This document shows, in pieces, positions 50,892-62,575 of a DNA stretch of 64,000 bases. Source of the DNA: an uncultured Planctomycetota bacterium (lineage in GTDB: Bacteria > Planctomycetota > Planctomycetia > Isosphaerales > Isosphaeraceae); contig CAVTTN010000002.1 in NCBI GenBank assembly GCA_963737655.1, positions 3,264,001 through 3,328,000 of the forward strand, in the 5' to 3' direction. The first letter of the stretch is position 1. Each line of letters begins with the position of its first letter. The notes below the pieces were generated by a model. The model had not been told where the DNA came from. It saw only the letters and a list, made by a program, of their open reading frames with translations, and did not search any database. The position numbers and the translations under genes are program-made.

Positions 50892-52087
50892 TTACTTCGG
50901 CGGGATGAGCAATTCCAGGTCGCGGACATGGATCAACCGTGCCTGGAGGTCGTCGTCATACCGCGCGTCGCCCGAGACACCCACACGGTGGGCAAGAAGC
51001 GATCGGTACGGAATGCCTGGAGGGACCAGGAGAAAGGCCGCAACCGCTCCATCATCGCCAATCACCGCCAGGAGGCGTCGCCCCTCGGATTCCCGGGCCG
51101 AAGTCTGGAGCAACCCCGTGGCCTCATAAGGGGATGGGTCCGCGGCGGTCCTCGCCATGCTGGCGGCGGCCCGGGCCGATCGCGTCCCGCCGTCCCGGTC
51201 TCGGCTCTTCTGGATCAAAGCAGAGACCCGGCGGGCCGCCTCGGCCGCCTTCACCTGCCGGCCGAGATGGTCCAACCTCCGGCGGACCAGGCTGGCCTCC
51301 TCCGCCGACGGGTTCCTCGCGAGGATCGACTCGTACGCGGCCTTCGCGGTCGCCAGATTCCAGGCATCCATCGGCCCGGAGAGGCCCCGTTCATGGAGGT
51401 CCGAGGCCCGGCCAAAATTCGACGCAAACTCGGCCGAGAACGTAGCGGGATCGCCCAAAGGCCCTATCCTGGCGAGATTTCGGTCGATCGGTCCCGGCGA
51501 GATCGGCGTCCGGGGATCGTCCGAAGGGGGTGGAAGCATAAGCGACGACGCGAGGGAAGCGCGACGGCCGGGAGGCTGGGCGTCGGGTTCAGGCGCAAGA
51601 TCCGAGAGGTCATCCAGGCGGACAAATCGCCGCTCGTCCCGGGGTGGGACGATGGCCTTCCAGGTTCGCGATTGTCCCGACTGCCGGAGGACCAGCGGCT
51701 TTTGATCGAGTAGGCGGACGAGGCTGCCCCGGGTTAGCCTGACCCCGGGGGGGCCCGGCAGGCGAGCGCCCGCCCGGCCGGGCCTGACCGCCGCGACCCT
51801 GGCGGTAATCCGCGCGCGTGACCCGTCGATTTCCTCGATCTGGTCGTCCTCGATGAGACTGAAGGCCCCCGGAGGAGGCTCGATCTCGGCCCAGCCGCCG
51901 GGGACCTCGTCGCGGACCACCACGCGAGTTCCGACCGTCAGCCGGCCGGTCGAAAATGCCGCATCATCGGGTGAAACCAGGACTTCCACCGAGTCTTCCC
52001 GGGCATATGCAACGCGCGTGCGACCCCCGGCCGGGCCGGAGGGGCCGCGAGGATCGCCACCGCCACGAGCCACCCAGGACTAGTCAT
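50892..52087 (-). CDS. Exported hypothetical protein with SH3-like domains (apparent -1 frameshift near 52035)
   Basis: Signal MTSPGWLVAVAILAA in one frame; GWAEIEPPPG and WKAIVPP SH3b-like motifs, helical region and C-terminal OB-like segment in the next. Confidence 0.65.
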
Positions 52088-52277
52088 GACCGGCCATGAT
52101 GTCTTCCCCGCGACCCGGTCGAAGGACCGGACCTGTCGCGAACCGGCGGTATAGTCGTCTTCGATCCAACCGTCAACCCCGTCCGTCGGACGAGAAAAGA
52201 TCGATCGCCGGGGTGTTTTGTGCCGATCATTCGGGTTGCGACGAGTGGCCGGTGCGGGGTGGATCGGAGGGCGATTC

Positions 52278-52789
52278 ATGAGGCGATTCTTCCGATTCCG
52301 AGCGGACACGACCCGACGCCGGTCGGCGGTTCAGGTTGCGGTCCTCGGCCTCGAAAACCGTTTCATGCCCTTGACTTACATCTCGCTGATGACCGTGACG
52401 CCCAATATCCTCAACCCGCCGAACAACCGATTCGTGAAGGTCGAGGTCAAGGGCACCATCGTCGAGACCAAGACCACGGTGCCCAAGGTGCAATATCATA
52501 TCGTCGATGAATACCGGCGGATTGAGCCTCGGGCCCGGTTTCGATCACCAAGACCGCGCCGAACGCCTATAGCTATGACTTCACCGTCGTCCTCCAGGCG
52601 AAACGCTCGTCGGTGGATTATTCCGGGCGGCAGTACTATGTGATCATGGGGACGGAGGACAACGAGAATTCCGAGGGGCAGACGTTGCCGATCATCGTGC
52701 CTTATAACACGTTGAAGCCGGGGCAGACGATCCTGCCGCACTCGGTCACGCACCCGGTCCCGCCCAAGCACAAGCCCCACAAGAAGTGA
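52278..52789 (+). CDS. Hypothetical secreted protein with LExR-type leader and PPN-motif Ig-like domain (apparent -1 frameshift near 52532)
   Basis: SD GGAGG; RRR...LGLENRFMP; TPNILNPPNNRFVKVEV; continues as VLQAKRS...GRQYYV in the next frame. Confidence 0.6.
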
Positions 52790-52802
52790 CGAAACCGAGA
52801 GC

Positions 52803-53477
52803 TCAGCCCTGCCGACGCAAGGTATTGACCGTCTCATGGGCAAGCCTCGCCGGCTGAGGCAATCGCCATTTTCCCAGGGCGGATTCCACCGTCGAGACCG
52901 CGCCTTCGAGGTCGCAGAGGTGGCCCGGCGAGACGAACAGCGGCCTGGTCCGCGACCGCGATCGATATACCGCCCCGATCGTCTCGCCACGATCGATCAG
53001 GGGAGATCGATTGCCCCGCTCCGCACCGGGTTCGTCGTAAGTCCCGCAAAGTCGACTCTTGGCGCAGCCGATGGTGGGGATTTCGAGGAAGAGGCCCAGG
53101 TGCGACGCCAGGCCGAGCCGCCTGGGATGGGCGATCCCCTGGCCGTCGCAAAGGACGGCGTCGGGCGTCGTCTCCAGGCGAGCGAACGCCTCCAGGACGG
53201 CCGGGGCCTCCCGGAACGACAGCAAGCCCGAAATATAGGGGAACGGGGCGGGGGCCTTCACGCCCACGGTTTCGAGGACCTCGAATCCCGGCAGGCGGAC
53301 CACGACCACGGCCGCGAAGAGGTGAGGCGCGAACTTGTCATAGGACACATCGGCCGCGGCCAGGATCGTCGGCGGCGCGAGCGGCCGGGAGACATCGACC
53401 GACCTGGCGAGCTCAACCTGGAGCGCGCGAGCCTCCGCCGGGGTCAGGTCCCAGCCATGGAGCGGGCGGATCGTCAC
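52803..53477 (-). CDS. nfi: Endonuclease V
   Basis: AADVSY, FPYISGLLSFREAP, CDGQGIAHPRRLGLASHLG, IGCAKSRL, PLFVSPGH, RLPQP.RLAH. Confidence 0.95.
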   Translation of the reverse strand: MTIRPLHGWDLTPAEARALQVELARSVDVSRPLAPPTILAAADVSYDKFAPHLFAAVVVVRLPGFEVLETVGVKAPAPFPYISGLLSFREAPAVLEAFARLETTPDAVLCDGQGIAHPRRLGLASHLGLFLEIPTIGCAKSRLCGTYDEPGAERGNRSPLIDRGETIGAVYRSRSRTRPLFVSPGHLCDLEGAVSTVESALGKWRLPQPARLAHETVNTLRRQG

Positions 53478-53494
53478 GACGGGCCCTCCTCGGA

Positions 53495-54544
53495 TCAGGA
53501 GGAAACGATCGACGGGGCGAGCCCTCGGACCGCGTCGGCCGCCTTCAAGACGTCCTCTCGGGACACGTCCAGATGGGTGCAGGCGCGGAGGGTCTGCGGA
53601 CCCAGGGCGCTCATCAAAACCCCTTCGGCACGGAGCCTCGCGGAGAGGTCGGCGGCCGTCCCGAGCGACGGATCGACGGTGATCCACACCAGGTTCGTCT
53701 CCACCGGACCCGACTCCAGGCTCAATCCTTCGGTCTGCTCCACCGCTTTCGCCAGGAGCTGGGCGTTCGCATGGTCCTCGGCCAGCCGATCCACGTGGTG
53801 ATCCAGGGCGAACAACGCCGCGGCGGCGATCACTCCGGCTTGCCTCATCCCGCCGCCAAAGACCTTGCGGAGCCGGTGGGCCTTGCGAATTAGATCCTTC
53901 GGGCCGACCAGCGCCGAGCCAATCGGGGCGCCCAGGCCCTTGGAATAGCAGATGGAGACCGTGTCGAACGACGTCGCCCAGCGATCGGCCGGAATCCCCG
54001 AGGCGACCACGGCATTCATGATCCGGGCGCCATCGCAGTGCATGGCCAGCCCGTTGGACCGCGCCCAGGACGAGATGGCGGCCACGTCGTCGATCGGATG
54101 GACCCGACCCCCGGCGCGGTTGTGCGTGTTTTCGAGACAGACCAGGCGGGTCCGGGCATAATGGCCGTCGTCGGGCCGGACCTTCCCTCGGATGTCGCCC
54201 AGGGAGATCATCCCCAGGTCGCCCGGGAAGGTTCGGGCCGTCGCTCCGGAAAGGCGAGCGATCCCTCCGCCTTCCCAGACGAAAATATGGGCGGTCTCTC
54301 CGCAAAGCAGCTCGTCGCCCGGTCCGCAATGGACGCCGATGGCGATCTGGTTGGCCATCGTCCCGGAAGGGACGAAGAGAGCGGCCTCCTTGCCGAAAAG
54401 CGCCGCCGTCCTCTCTTCGAGGGCCCGAACGGTCGGGTCCTCGCCATAAACATCGTCGCCGACCTCCGCCTCGGCCATCGCTCTGCGCATGGCCGGGGTC
54501 GGTCGGGTCACGGTGTCGGAACGAAGGTCGATCGGACTGGGCAT
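53495..54544 (-). CDS. ltaE: Low-specificity L-threonine aldolase
   Basis: [53 protein letters not shown]. Confidence 0.93.
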   Translation of the reverse strand: MPSPIDLRSDTVTRPTPAMRRAMAEAEVGDDVYGEDPTVRALEERTAALFGKEAALFVPSGTMANQIAIGVHCGPGDELLCGETAHIFVWEGGGIARLSGATARTFPGDLGMISLGDIRGKVRPDDGHYARTRLVCLENTHNRAGGRVHPIDDVAAISSWARSNGLAMHCDGARIMNAVVASGIPADRWATSFDTVSICYSKGLGAPIGSALVGPKDLIRKAHRLRKVFGGGMRQAGVIAAAALFALDHHVDRLAEDHANAQLLAKAVEQTEGLSLESGPVETNLVWITVDPSLGTAADLSARLRAEGVLMSALGPQTLRACTHLDVSREDVLKAADAVRGLAPSIVSS

Positions 54545-54603
54545 CGTTCGAATCTCGGAAGGTGCAGGAGACGCGCCGGCTTCGATCCCCGGCCCGAGCC
54601 GTC

Positions 54604-56451
54604 TCAATCGCCGATCCAGGCCTTCAAGTGGGCCTTCTGGGCCTCCGACGCATCGGGCCGGACCTCCAGGGCCCAGCTTTCGGCCGGCTCGGTGCCGAAG
54701 GTGGCGTCGAGCCGGACGAGCTTCTCCCGGCGGGCGACGAGCACGGAAACCTTCTCGTTCGGGCGGAACTGCTCCATGCGGTCGGACCACTGCTCGGGAA
54801 TGATGCGAAAGTCCTCGATCCCGACGATCTCATCGCCCACGTTGAACCCGGCGGCGGCCCCCGGGGTCTCTCGGCGCACCGTCGTGACCATCAGCCGTCC
54901 GTTCTCGGCCTTGGTCACCAGCCCGAGCCACGCCCTGGGCGGCTTGCCGTCCTTGGGTTTCTCCTTTTCCTTGAAGCGAAGGCCGTACCAGTCGAGCGCG
55001 TCGGCGAAGTCGAGCTCGTCGGTCGTCTCCAGGGCCCGATGGAACCACTCCGCAAGGTCGATCCCGGCGACCTCCGAGGCCAGCGCGCGGAACTCGGCCG
55101 ACGTGTACCCCTTTTCGCCGGAAAACCGGTCGAAGGCGATCCTCATCACGTCGTCCAGCGACCTCCGGCCGTCGGTGGCCCGGCGGATCCTGGCGTCGAG
55201 GAGGAAGCCGACGACGGCCCCCTTCGCATAATAAGACACTCCGGTGTTCCGGGTGTTCTCATCCGGGCGATAGTACTTGATCCAGGCGTCATACGAGGCC
55301 GTTTCGAGCGGCTGGACCTTGCGGCCGAAGGTCATCTGGAGTTGGCCAATCTCCGTCGGCGCCTCGTCGCCTCCGGGCTTGCCCGACGGCTCCTGGCCGA
55401 GGTATTGCTCTCGGGTCGAGAGGCCCGCTCGCCGGACCAGCAGGCGGCCGTAGTACTCGGTCAGGCCCTCGGCGATCCAGAGGGACTTCGTGTGGACCTC
55501 GTTCTCGTAGTCGAACGGCCCGAGCTCGACGGGACGGAGCCTCTTGACGTTCCACACGTGAAAGAATTCGTGACTGACGAGGTCCAGCCACGACCGATAC
55601 GCCTTGGACGTCCGGGTGGCCCATCGGCTGGACATCAGGACCGTCGAATCCTTGTGCTCCAGCCCGCCGCCGGCCTCGACCAGCAAGTTGAAGAAGTGAT
55701 AATGTTCATACGGAAGCGATCCCCAGAGCTTGCGATGCTCGCGGACGATCGCCTCGACGTCCCGGGCCGAGCGGGGGCCGTCCCACACCCCCCCTTCCCC
55801 CTCGTTCACCAGGAAATGCCGCTTGCCATCGACGGTGAACTCATAGACCGTCGGGTTGCCCGCGACGATCGGGCCGTCCACCAGCGCGTCATAATCGGCG
55901 GCCAGATAATGATGGGGGGCGCCATCGGGCGCGGCGGGAAGGCCCGTCAAGCTCTTCAGCCAGCCGGCCGGGAACTCCAGGCGGACGTCATGCGGCCTCG
56001 GAGGCGAATCGGCGAGGGTCAGGAACGTCGGGGCGCCGTTGAGGAGTGCGAACGAGGCATCGACCCAGTTGGTCCGGACCGACATCTCCCGGCAATACAC
56101 CCGATAGTTCAGGACGACCGTCTCGGCCCCCTCCGCGCGGATTTTCCAGCGGTTTTTCCGCACTTTTTCGACGGCCAGGGGCTTTCCTTCCGGCGTCTTC
56201 GCCGACAGTCCCTCCACGTTCCGGGCGAACTCGCGGACGAGGTACGAGCCGGGCGTCCAGACCGCCATCATCGCGACCACTTCGGCCTTCCCCTCGGTCG
56301 GGAACGACGCCTCGACCTCGACGTAATGCGTCTTCGGATCGGGGAATCGGACGACGTAGCGAATCGGCGAAGGAGCGGGCGGCATGGCGAATCCGAGGAC
56401 CAAGGCGGCGGCGAGGGACGAACTCATAAAAGGCCCCAAATGCGTCATCAT
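54604..56451 (-). CDS. M61-family glycyl aminopeptidase with PDZ domain
   Basis: [47 protein letters not shown]-terminal PDZ. Confidence 0.92.
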   Translation of the reverse strand: MMTHLGPFMSSSLAAALVLGFAMPPAPSPIRYVVRFPDPKTHYVEVEASFPTEGKAEVVAMMAVWTPGSYLVREFARNVEGLSAKTPEGKPLAVEKVRKNRWKIRAEGAETVVLNYRVYCREMSVRTNWVDASFALLNGAPTFLTLADSPPRPHDVRLEFPAGWLKSLTGLPAAPDGAPHHYLAADYDALVDGPIVAGNPTVYEFTVDGKRHFLVNEGEGGVWDGPRSARDVEAIVREHRKLWGSLPYEHYHFFNLLVEAGGGLEHKDSTVLMSSRWATRTSKAYRSWLDLVSHEFFHVWNVKRLRPVELGPFDYENEVHTKSLWIAEGLTEYYGRLLVRRAGLSTREQYLGQEPSGKPGGDEAPTEIGQLQMTFGRKVQPLETASYDAWIKYYRPDENTRNTGVSYYAKGAVVGFLLDARIRRATDGRRSLDDVMRIAFDRFSGEKGYTSAEFRALASEVAGIDLAEWFHRALETTDELDFADALDWYGLRFKEKEKPKDGKPPRAWLGLVTKAENGRLMVTTVRRETPGAAAGFNVGDEIVGIEDFRIIPEQWSDRMEQFRPNEKVSVLVARREKLVRLDATFGTEPAESWALEVRPDASEAQKAHLKAWIGD

Positions 56452-56526
56452 CCCGGCGATCGTCCCATCCTAACGGCCAGGTCCTCGGGCGGGTAGGGTC
56501 TGGAATCGAGCACGAGCAAAGTCGGC

Positions 56527-56553
56527 CCGCAAATGACGCAGGTTACGCAGAAT
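56527..56553. repeat. Solo arm of the 9-nt-periodic palindrome family
   Basis: CCGCAAATG-ACGCAGGTT-ACGCAGAAT resembles the inner arm ACGCAGATT-TCGCAGATT at 5344; immediately 3' of the msrA stop. Confidence 0.45.
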
Positions 56554-56559
56554 CCCTCC

Positions 56560-57033
56560 TCAGATCCCGCAACTCGTGCGGCCGTGCTTTTCCATGTAGC
56601 GTTGGTGGTATTCCTCGGCGCGGTAGAAGGTGGTGGCGGGTTCGATCTTCGTGACGATGGGGCGGCGGTAGTGGCCGCTGGCGTCCTGCTGGGCCCGGGA
56701 GGCTTCGGCCGCCGCTTTCTGCTCGTCGTCGTGGACGAAGATGACCGATCGGTACTGGCTGCCGACGTCCGGGCCCTGGCGGTTCGGCGTGGTGGGGTCG
56801 TGGATCGTCCAGAAGAGGTCCAGGAGCCGATCGAAGCCGACCTTTTCCGGGTCGTACTCGACCTCGACGACCTCGGCGTGGCCCGTGGTATCGGTGCAGA
56901 CGTCGCGATAGGACGGGTCCTTGAGCGTCCCGCCCTCGTAGCCCACGGCCACATCGACGACGCCGGGGACCTGCCGGAACGCGGCCTCGATGCCCCAGAA
57001 ACAACCCGCGCCGAACGTCGCTCGCCTGGTCAT
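56560..57033 (-). CDS. msrA: Peptide-methionine (S)-S-oxide reductase
   Basis: [44 protein letters not shown]. Confidence 0.96.
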   Translation of the reverse strand: MTRRATFGAGCFWGIEAAFRQVPGVVDVAVGYEGGTLKDPSYRDVCTDTTGHAEVVEVEYDPEKVGFDRLLDLFWTIHDPTTPNRQGPDVGSQYRSVIFVHDDEQKAAAEASRAQQDASGHYRRPIVTKIEPATTFYRAEEYHQRYMEKHGRTSCGI

Positions 57034-57151
57034 GATCCGGTCTCCCTGTCCCGAGGTCTCCCCTCTCGTTTTAGGGTCGAGGCCGGGGCGGGACAAGGGC
57101 CGCGCCCCCGGGTAAAATGACGGGGACTTGCCCCGCCGGAGGCCCCGATTC

Positions 57152-57577
57152 ATGATCCATGCCCAGACGTTTCACGTCCGCACCCACGGCCGGGGGACTC
57201 GCGAGATCACCGACGAGGTCCAGAGGGCCGTCAGTGAGGGGCGGATCGAACGGGGCCTGTGCCTGGTGTTCGTCCACCACACCAGCGCCTCGTTGATCGT
57301 CTGCGAGAACGCCGATCCGACCGTCCGAAGCGACCTGGAACGCTTCCTCGCCCGGCTCGTGCCCGACGGCGACCCGCTCCATCACCACTCGGCCGAGGGG
57401 CCCGACGACATGCCGGCCCACATCCGGGCCATCCTCACGACGAATTCCTTGACCCTGCCCGTGGCCGGCGGCCGGTGCGACCTCGGGACCTGGCAGGGGA
57501 TCTTCCTGTATGAGCATCGCACCGACCCCCACCGCAGGCGCGTTTCGGTCACCGTGATGGGCGATGACGGTGGCTGA
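57152..57577 (+). CDS. yjbQ: YjbQ (UPF0047) secondary thiamine-phosphate synthase family
   Basis: [35 protein letters not shown]. Confidence 0.92.
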   Translation: MIHAQTFHVRTHGRGTREITDEVQRAVSEGRIERGLCLVFVHHTSASLIVCENADPTVRSDLERFLARLVPDGDPLHHHSAEGPDDMPAHIRAILTTNSLTLPVAGGRCDLGTWQGIFLYEHRTDPHRRRVSVTVMGDDGG

Positions 57578-57592
57578 CCGGCCTGGACCGAT

Positions 57593-58474
57593 TCAGGACC
57601 GACCCTGGGAGGAGTGGGTCGGCAGGCCCACGATCTCCTCGCTGAACGCCCAGAGCTTCCTGGCCGCCTCGCCATCCTCGGCGGCCCGGGAAACCCTGGC
57701 CGGTTGTTTCTGAAGATAATAACCGCCCGTGATCCCCTGGACTTCGGGCGACGTGGCGAGGTAAACGCTCGTCTCGGCCCCCTTGTCGGGACCGATCAGG
57801 AACGGCTTGACCAGGAGCCTCCAGAAGATCCCGCTCACGCCGTTTCCGCCGAGAATGTTCGTCGCCACGACTCCCGGATGCAGCGCATTGACCGTCACGC
57901 CCGTGTTTTCCAGCCTCCGGGCCAGTTCGCGAGTGAACAGGATGTTCGCCAGCTTCGACTGGGCATAGGCGCGGAACCCGGCATGGCCTCGGGGTCCGGT
58001 CAGGTTCTCGTAGTCGATCCCCAGGGTGTAATGATGCGCCTGGGACGAGACGACCACGATCCGCCCCGCCGCGTCCTTCACGCGGTCGAGGACCAGGCTC
58101 GTCAGGAGGAAGTAGGCCAGGTGATTGAGGGCGAAGGTCATCTCGATGCCATCGGCCGAGAGCTGCCTCTTGGCGAAGACGGCGCCGGCGTTGTTCACCA
58201 GGACGTCCAGCCGCTCCCACCGGGCGAGGAACTCGTCGGCGACCCGACGGACGTCGTCCTGCCGGGACAGGTCGCCGATCAGCGCCTCGACGGCCGCGTT
58301 CCCGGTGTCTCGGCGGATCGAAGCGACGGTGTGGGCCGATTTCTCGGGATTCCTGCCGACGATCACCACCGAGGCCCCTTGCGAGGCCAGCTCCCGGGCC
58401 GTGACCTGGCCGATCCCCGAGGTGGCGCCCGTGACGAGGCAGGTCTTGCCCGACATCGATGCTTCGGAATTCAT
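57593..58474 (-). CDS. SDR oxidoreductase (retinol dehydrogenase-like)
   Basis: TGATSGIG, LVNNAG, FALNHLAYFLLT, YAQSKLAN, LHPGVVAT. Confidence 0.92.
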   Translation of the reverse strand: MNSEASMSGKTCLVTGATSGIGQVTARELASQGASVVIVGRNPEKSAHTVASIRRDTGNAAVEALIGDLSRQDDVRRVADEFLARWERLDVLVNNAGAVFAKRQLSADGIEMTFALNHLAYFLLTSLVLDRVKDAAGRIVVVSSQAHHYTLGIDYENLTGPRGHAGFRAYAQSKLANILFTRELARRLENTGVTVNALHPGVVATNILGGNGVSGIFWRLLVKPFLIGPDKGAETSVYLATSPEVQGITGGYYLQKQPARVSRAAEDGEAARKLWAFSEEIVGLPTHSSQGRS

Positions 58475-58540
58475 GAGTTCGTCTCCCCGTTCGGGGGAGA
58501 TTGTGCGAGAGGGAGGCGGAATTGTCCAGGGGCGCGGGCC

Positions 58541-59922
58541 TCAGGCCGTGACGGAACCGGAGTAGAGCGCCTCGATCGGCGATCCCTTGGTCAGGGCGAG
58601 GGGGCGGGCCAGGCGGTCGCGGATCTCGGTCTGGGGATCGATGCCCAGGGCCGAATAGATCGTCGCCGCGAGGTCGGCCGGGGCGAACGAGGGGCTCGCC
58701 GGATAGGCGCCATTCTTGTCCGACTGGCCGATGTGCTGCCCTCCGCGGACCCCGGCTCCGGCCAGGACCGAGGTGAAGACCGCCGACCAGTGGTCGCGGC
58801 CCGGGACCGCGTTGGGCCTCTGCTTCGTGAGCTTCGGCGCCCGGCCGAACTCGCCGGTGATCACGACCAGCGTCTCGTCCAGGAGGCCGGTCGCCGCCAG
58901 GTCGTCGAGCAAGGCGGAGATCGCGCGGTCCGTCGGCGGAAGGAGGTCCTTCTTGAGCCTTCGGAAGATGTCCTCGTGGGAATCCCAGGTCTGGACCGCA
59001 CCCAGGTTCGCCTGGACGATCGGCACGCCGGCCTGGATCAGCCTCCGGGCCAGCAGGAGCGACTGGCCGTACGTGTGCCGGCCGTAGCGGTCGCGGGTCT
59101 TGGGGTCTTCTTTCGCCAGGTCGAGGGCGCGGGCGACCTTGCCGGAGAGCAGGAGCGAGTAGGCGGATTCTCGCTGGGGGGTCATCGGGTCGCCGTCGGC
59201 GGCCTCGGCCAGGCTGTCTCGCTTCGAGGCGAGCTCGTCGAGCAACCTTCGGCGCCCCTGAAGCCTCTCGACGCTGAACCCGACGGGCAGGGAGAGGCTG
59301 TCGTCCCGGAACGCGGGCGAATTCGGGTCTCGGCGGATCTGCCACGGGTCGTGACGAGGGCCGAGGAACCCCGAGTGCTGGCCGGGCCAGACCAAGGGTC
59401 CTTCCATCAGGAACGTCGGCAGCATCACGCCGCTCGGGATGCCGTCCCTCCGGGGGCGGAGGTAATCGAGCGCCGAGGCGTAGCAGGGATAATCGTCGCG
59501 AGAGGCGATCTTGTCGAACGTGGCGTTCGGCTGGGGGTGGCCGGTCAGCAGTTCGTGGGTCGCATTCAGGTGGTTCAGGAACGGATGCGACATCGACCGG
59601 ACCACGGCGAGCTTGTCGGCCCTCGCCGCAAGTCCCGGCAGGTGTTCACAATACGAAATGCCGGGCACGTTCGTCGCGATCGGCTTGTACTCGCCCCGGA
59701 TGCCCTCGGGGGCCGACGGCTTCATGTCGAACGTGTCGAGATGGCTCGTGCGCCGGTCAGGAAGACGAGCAAAACCGACTTCGCCCGAGCCGTCGGTTGC
59801 GAGACGGCCTCCGCCCTCTTCGCCAGGAGGCCCGGCAGGGTCATCCCCAGGAAGCCCGAGAAGCCCACCTGGAGGAACTCCCGGCGGACGAGGCCCCGGT
59901 CGTGGTGATGACCCGGATTCAT
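58541..59922 (-). CDS. DUF1501 domain protein (apparent -1 frameshift near 59750)
   Basis: RREFLQVG, AKSVLLVFLTG[G.SHLDTFD]MKP, RYGR, LLARRL, WDSH, GEFGR.P, GRDHW. Confidence 0.9.
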
Positions 59923-60022
59923 GGCGGACCGTCCCCGTCTTCCTCGCGGAATTGTTTGATATCCTTCCAACATAGCCCGTCCCCGGCCGATCGGCAAGAG
60001 GGATCGGCCCGGGGTCGGCGAC

Positions 60023-60661
60023 TCAGGGTTCGAGCCGTTCGAGAATCCACGCGCCGACCTCGTCGCGACGGTAGCGGAGGCGATCGTGGAGCCGGCTGGG
60101 GCGGCCTTGCCAGAATTCGATGGCGCGGGGCCAGACTCGGTAGCCCCCCCAGTGGGGCGGCCTCGGGGGCGCGCCTTCGGGGTAGCTGCGTTCGAGGTCT
60201 CTTTGACGCTTCTCGAACGTCTCGCGGTCGGGGGCGACCTGGCTTTGATGCGAGGCCCAGGCCCCGAGCCTCGATCCCGGGGGCCGGCTCAGATAATAGG
60301 CGTCGGACTCCTCGGCCGAGACCTTTTCGACCGTGCCCTCGATGCGGACCTGGCGTTCGAGCGTCGGGTAGAACAGGACGAGGGCCGCCAGGGGGTTTTC
60401 CTCGATCTCCTGCCCCTTGCGGCTCTCATAATTGGTGAAGAACGCGAAGCCTCGCGGGTCGAACGCCTTCAGGAGGACGATCCGGGCCGACGGGCGGCCG
60501 TCGGCCGTGGAGGTGGCGAGGGTCATGGCGTTGGGCTCGGGAAGGCCGAGCGCCAGGGCCTCGTCGAACCAGACCCGGAACTGGTCGATCGGGTCGCCGC
60601 AGACCTCCGACTCCAGCAGGTGGCCCCGGGTGTATTCCTGGCGGATGTCGGAGACGCTCAT
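60023..60661 (-). CDS. pdxH: Pyridoxine/pyridoxamine 5'-phosphate oxidase
   Basis: EPNAMTLAT, PSARIVLLK, FFTNYESRKG, RQVRIEG, WGGY, EFWQGRPSRLHDR. Confidence 0.96.
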   Translation of the reverse strand: MSVSDIRQEYTRGHLLESEVCGDPIDQFRVWFDEALALGLPEPNAMTLATSTADGRPSARIVLLKAFDPRGFAFFTNYESRKGQEIEENPLAALVLFYPTLERQVRIEGTVEKVSAEESDAYYLSRPPGSRLGAWASHQSQVAPDRETFEKRQRDLERSYPEGAPPRPPHWGGYRVWPRAIEFWQGRPSRLHDRLRYRRDEVGAWILERLEP

Positions 60662-60735
60662 GAGACGGGTCCGGGCCGGTTGGGGGGCGGATTCCCTGGG
60701 GGATCAGATCCATCGCGACGACGATCACCACGGAT

Positions 60736-61803
60736 TCACGGGGCCGACCGAGAATCCCGGACCAGATGGGGGACGGGCTCCTCGTCCGCGAGGTGGGCGT
60801 CCCCATTTGGCTCTTGTCCGGGATTCCGAAGGCCCCGGACCTGCCGGAGGTTCGCAAGGTAGACGAACACGCTGAGGAGGCCGCTGCCGTACATGATGAC
60901 TCGATAACCGAGCATCGCCACCACGCCGCCGGAGAAGCCAACGAGGGTCCGAAAGAGGACCTCGCTGACGCCCTCGGTCACCCCGAGCGCCCCGAACGGC
61001 ATCGGGATGGCCGTCGAGAAGAGGACCAGAGGCACGACCTCGAAATGCGAGGCCAGAGACGGGGCCTCGGCGTGGAATAACGCCCGGCTGGAGCAGTAGA
61101 ACGAGACGACATACATCGCGTGGCCCAGGACGGCCATCCCCAGCGCCAGGAAGACCACGCCGAGCCGATCGCGATAGGCGGAGGCCATCGTCACGAGTTC
61201 CCCCAGAATCTTGCCAATCCGTCCCTCGGGGTGGAACACCGAAAGCAACGGGCGGTAGAGCGGAGGAGAGAACAGGACGGCCAGTCCCAGAGTCCCGGCC
61301 GCGACCATCCCCCAGGCGAAGACGATCTGGCGACGGACATCGATCGAGGCGCCGTTCCAGGCGATCGCCCCGACGATCCCCGCGAGGACGAACAGGCCGA
61401 GGAGCCCGAGGGCTCGGTCGATCACCATCGACGCCACCGCCTGAGTCTTCTTCTCCTGCTCCCGGCAGAGGAAGGCGGCCTTGATCACGTCTCCGCCGAC
61501 CGCTCCGGGGATCACCAGGTTGAACACATTGCCGATGAAGCCGAGACGGACGGCGTCGCGGACCCGGAAGGGCAGGCCCAGAGCCCGGACCAGGCGATGC
61601 CAGCGGAGGAACGTGACGAGGAGGGCCGACACGTAGACCGCCACTCCCAGGACGATCAGGCCCGGGTCGGGCTGCTTCGCCCGGACTTCCTCGATCTGGC
61701 CTCGGTTCCTCCAGACCATCACCGAGAGCAGGCCGAAGGCGAGGAGGGTCAGGACGACGTTGACGATCGCCCCGGTCCGGGAGGGCCTCGTCGGCTCGGT
61801 CAT
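60736..61803 (-). CDS. Lysylphosphatidylglycerol-synthase TM domain (UPF0104) flippase-like protein
   Basis: RW..L, FN.VIPGAVGGDVIK, DRALGL, P.PFGALGVTE. Confidence 0.88.
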   Translation of the reverse strand: MTEPTRPSRTGAIVNVVLTLLAFGLLSVMVWRNRGQIEEVRAKQPDPGLIVLGVAVYVSALLVTFLRWHRLVRALGLPFRVRDAVRLGFIGNVFNLVIPGAVGGDVIKAAFLCREQEKKTQAVASMVIDRALGLLGLFVLAGIVGAIAWNGASIDVRRQIVFAWGMVAAGTLGLAVLFSPPLYRPLLSVFHPEGRIGKILGELVTMASAYRDRLGVVFLALGMAVLGHAMYVVSFYCSSRALFHAEAPSLASHFEVVPLVLFSTAIPMPFGALGVTEGVSEVLFRTLVGFSGGVVAMLGYRVIMYGSGLLSVFVYLANLRQVRGLRNPGQEPNGDAHLADEEPVPHLVRDSRSAP

Positions 61804-62393
61804 GACAGCGTCCCCTTGGTCGATGGCACGCCCTGAACCCTCGGGTCGATCTCGCAGGCAGACCTCAACGCCCGGGCCGACGCCTTGAACACCGCCTCGA
61901 TCACGTGATGGGTGTTCCGGCCGTAATGGACGATCGCGTGATAGTTCATCCGCCCGTGGGTCGCGACGGCCTGCCAGAAGTCGGCGGCGAGCTCGGAGTC
62001 GAAATCGCCCACGCGAGGCGTCGGCATGGCGACGTTCCAGGCCCAGAACGGCCGTCCGCCCAGGTCCACGGCGACGGTGGCCAGCGTCTCGTCCATCGGC
62101 AAGATGCAATGGCCGTACCGGCGGAGGCCCGCCTTGTCCCCCAGGGCCTTGTCGATGGCCGATCCCAGGGCGATCCCGAGATCCTCGGTCGTGTGGTGGG
62201 CATCGACGTGGACATCTCCCCGACAGGAGACCTCCAGGTCGAACAGCCCATGCTTGGCGAACAGGTCGAGCATGTGGTCGAGGAACCCGACGCCCGAGGC
62301 GACCGTCGATCGGCCGGAGCCGTCGAGGTCCAGGGCCAGGCGGATCTCGGTCTCTCGGGTCGTCCGGCGGATCTCGGCGGTTCGGCTGGCCAC
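61800..62393 (-). CDS. hisB: Imidazoleglycerol-phosphate dehydratase
   Basis: [41 protein letters not shown]. Confidence 0.96.
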   Translation of the reverse strand: MASRTAEIRRTTRETEIRLALDLDGSGRSTVASGVGFLDHMLDLFAKHGLFDLEVSCRGDVHVDAHHTTEDLGIALGSAIDKALGDKAGLRRYGHCILPMDETLATVAVDLGGRPFWAWNVAMPTPRVGDFDSELAADFWQAVATHGRMNYHAIVHYGRNTHHVIEAVFKASARALRSACEIDPRVQGVPSTKGTLS

Positions 62394-62575
62394 GGCGCGG
62401 TCTCGGGCGGAGTTCGGTCCCGGCTGGCGATCCCCATCGCGCCGGGGGATGGATTCTAACAAAATCCCGGCCGAGAGGCGCCGGGTCATCGAGGAATGAC
62501 CCGTGGCAAACTTGGACCGCCCGCGATACACTCGGAGGGACGCTTGAAGGCCCACTCCGTCGAGGCGACCCGACC

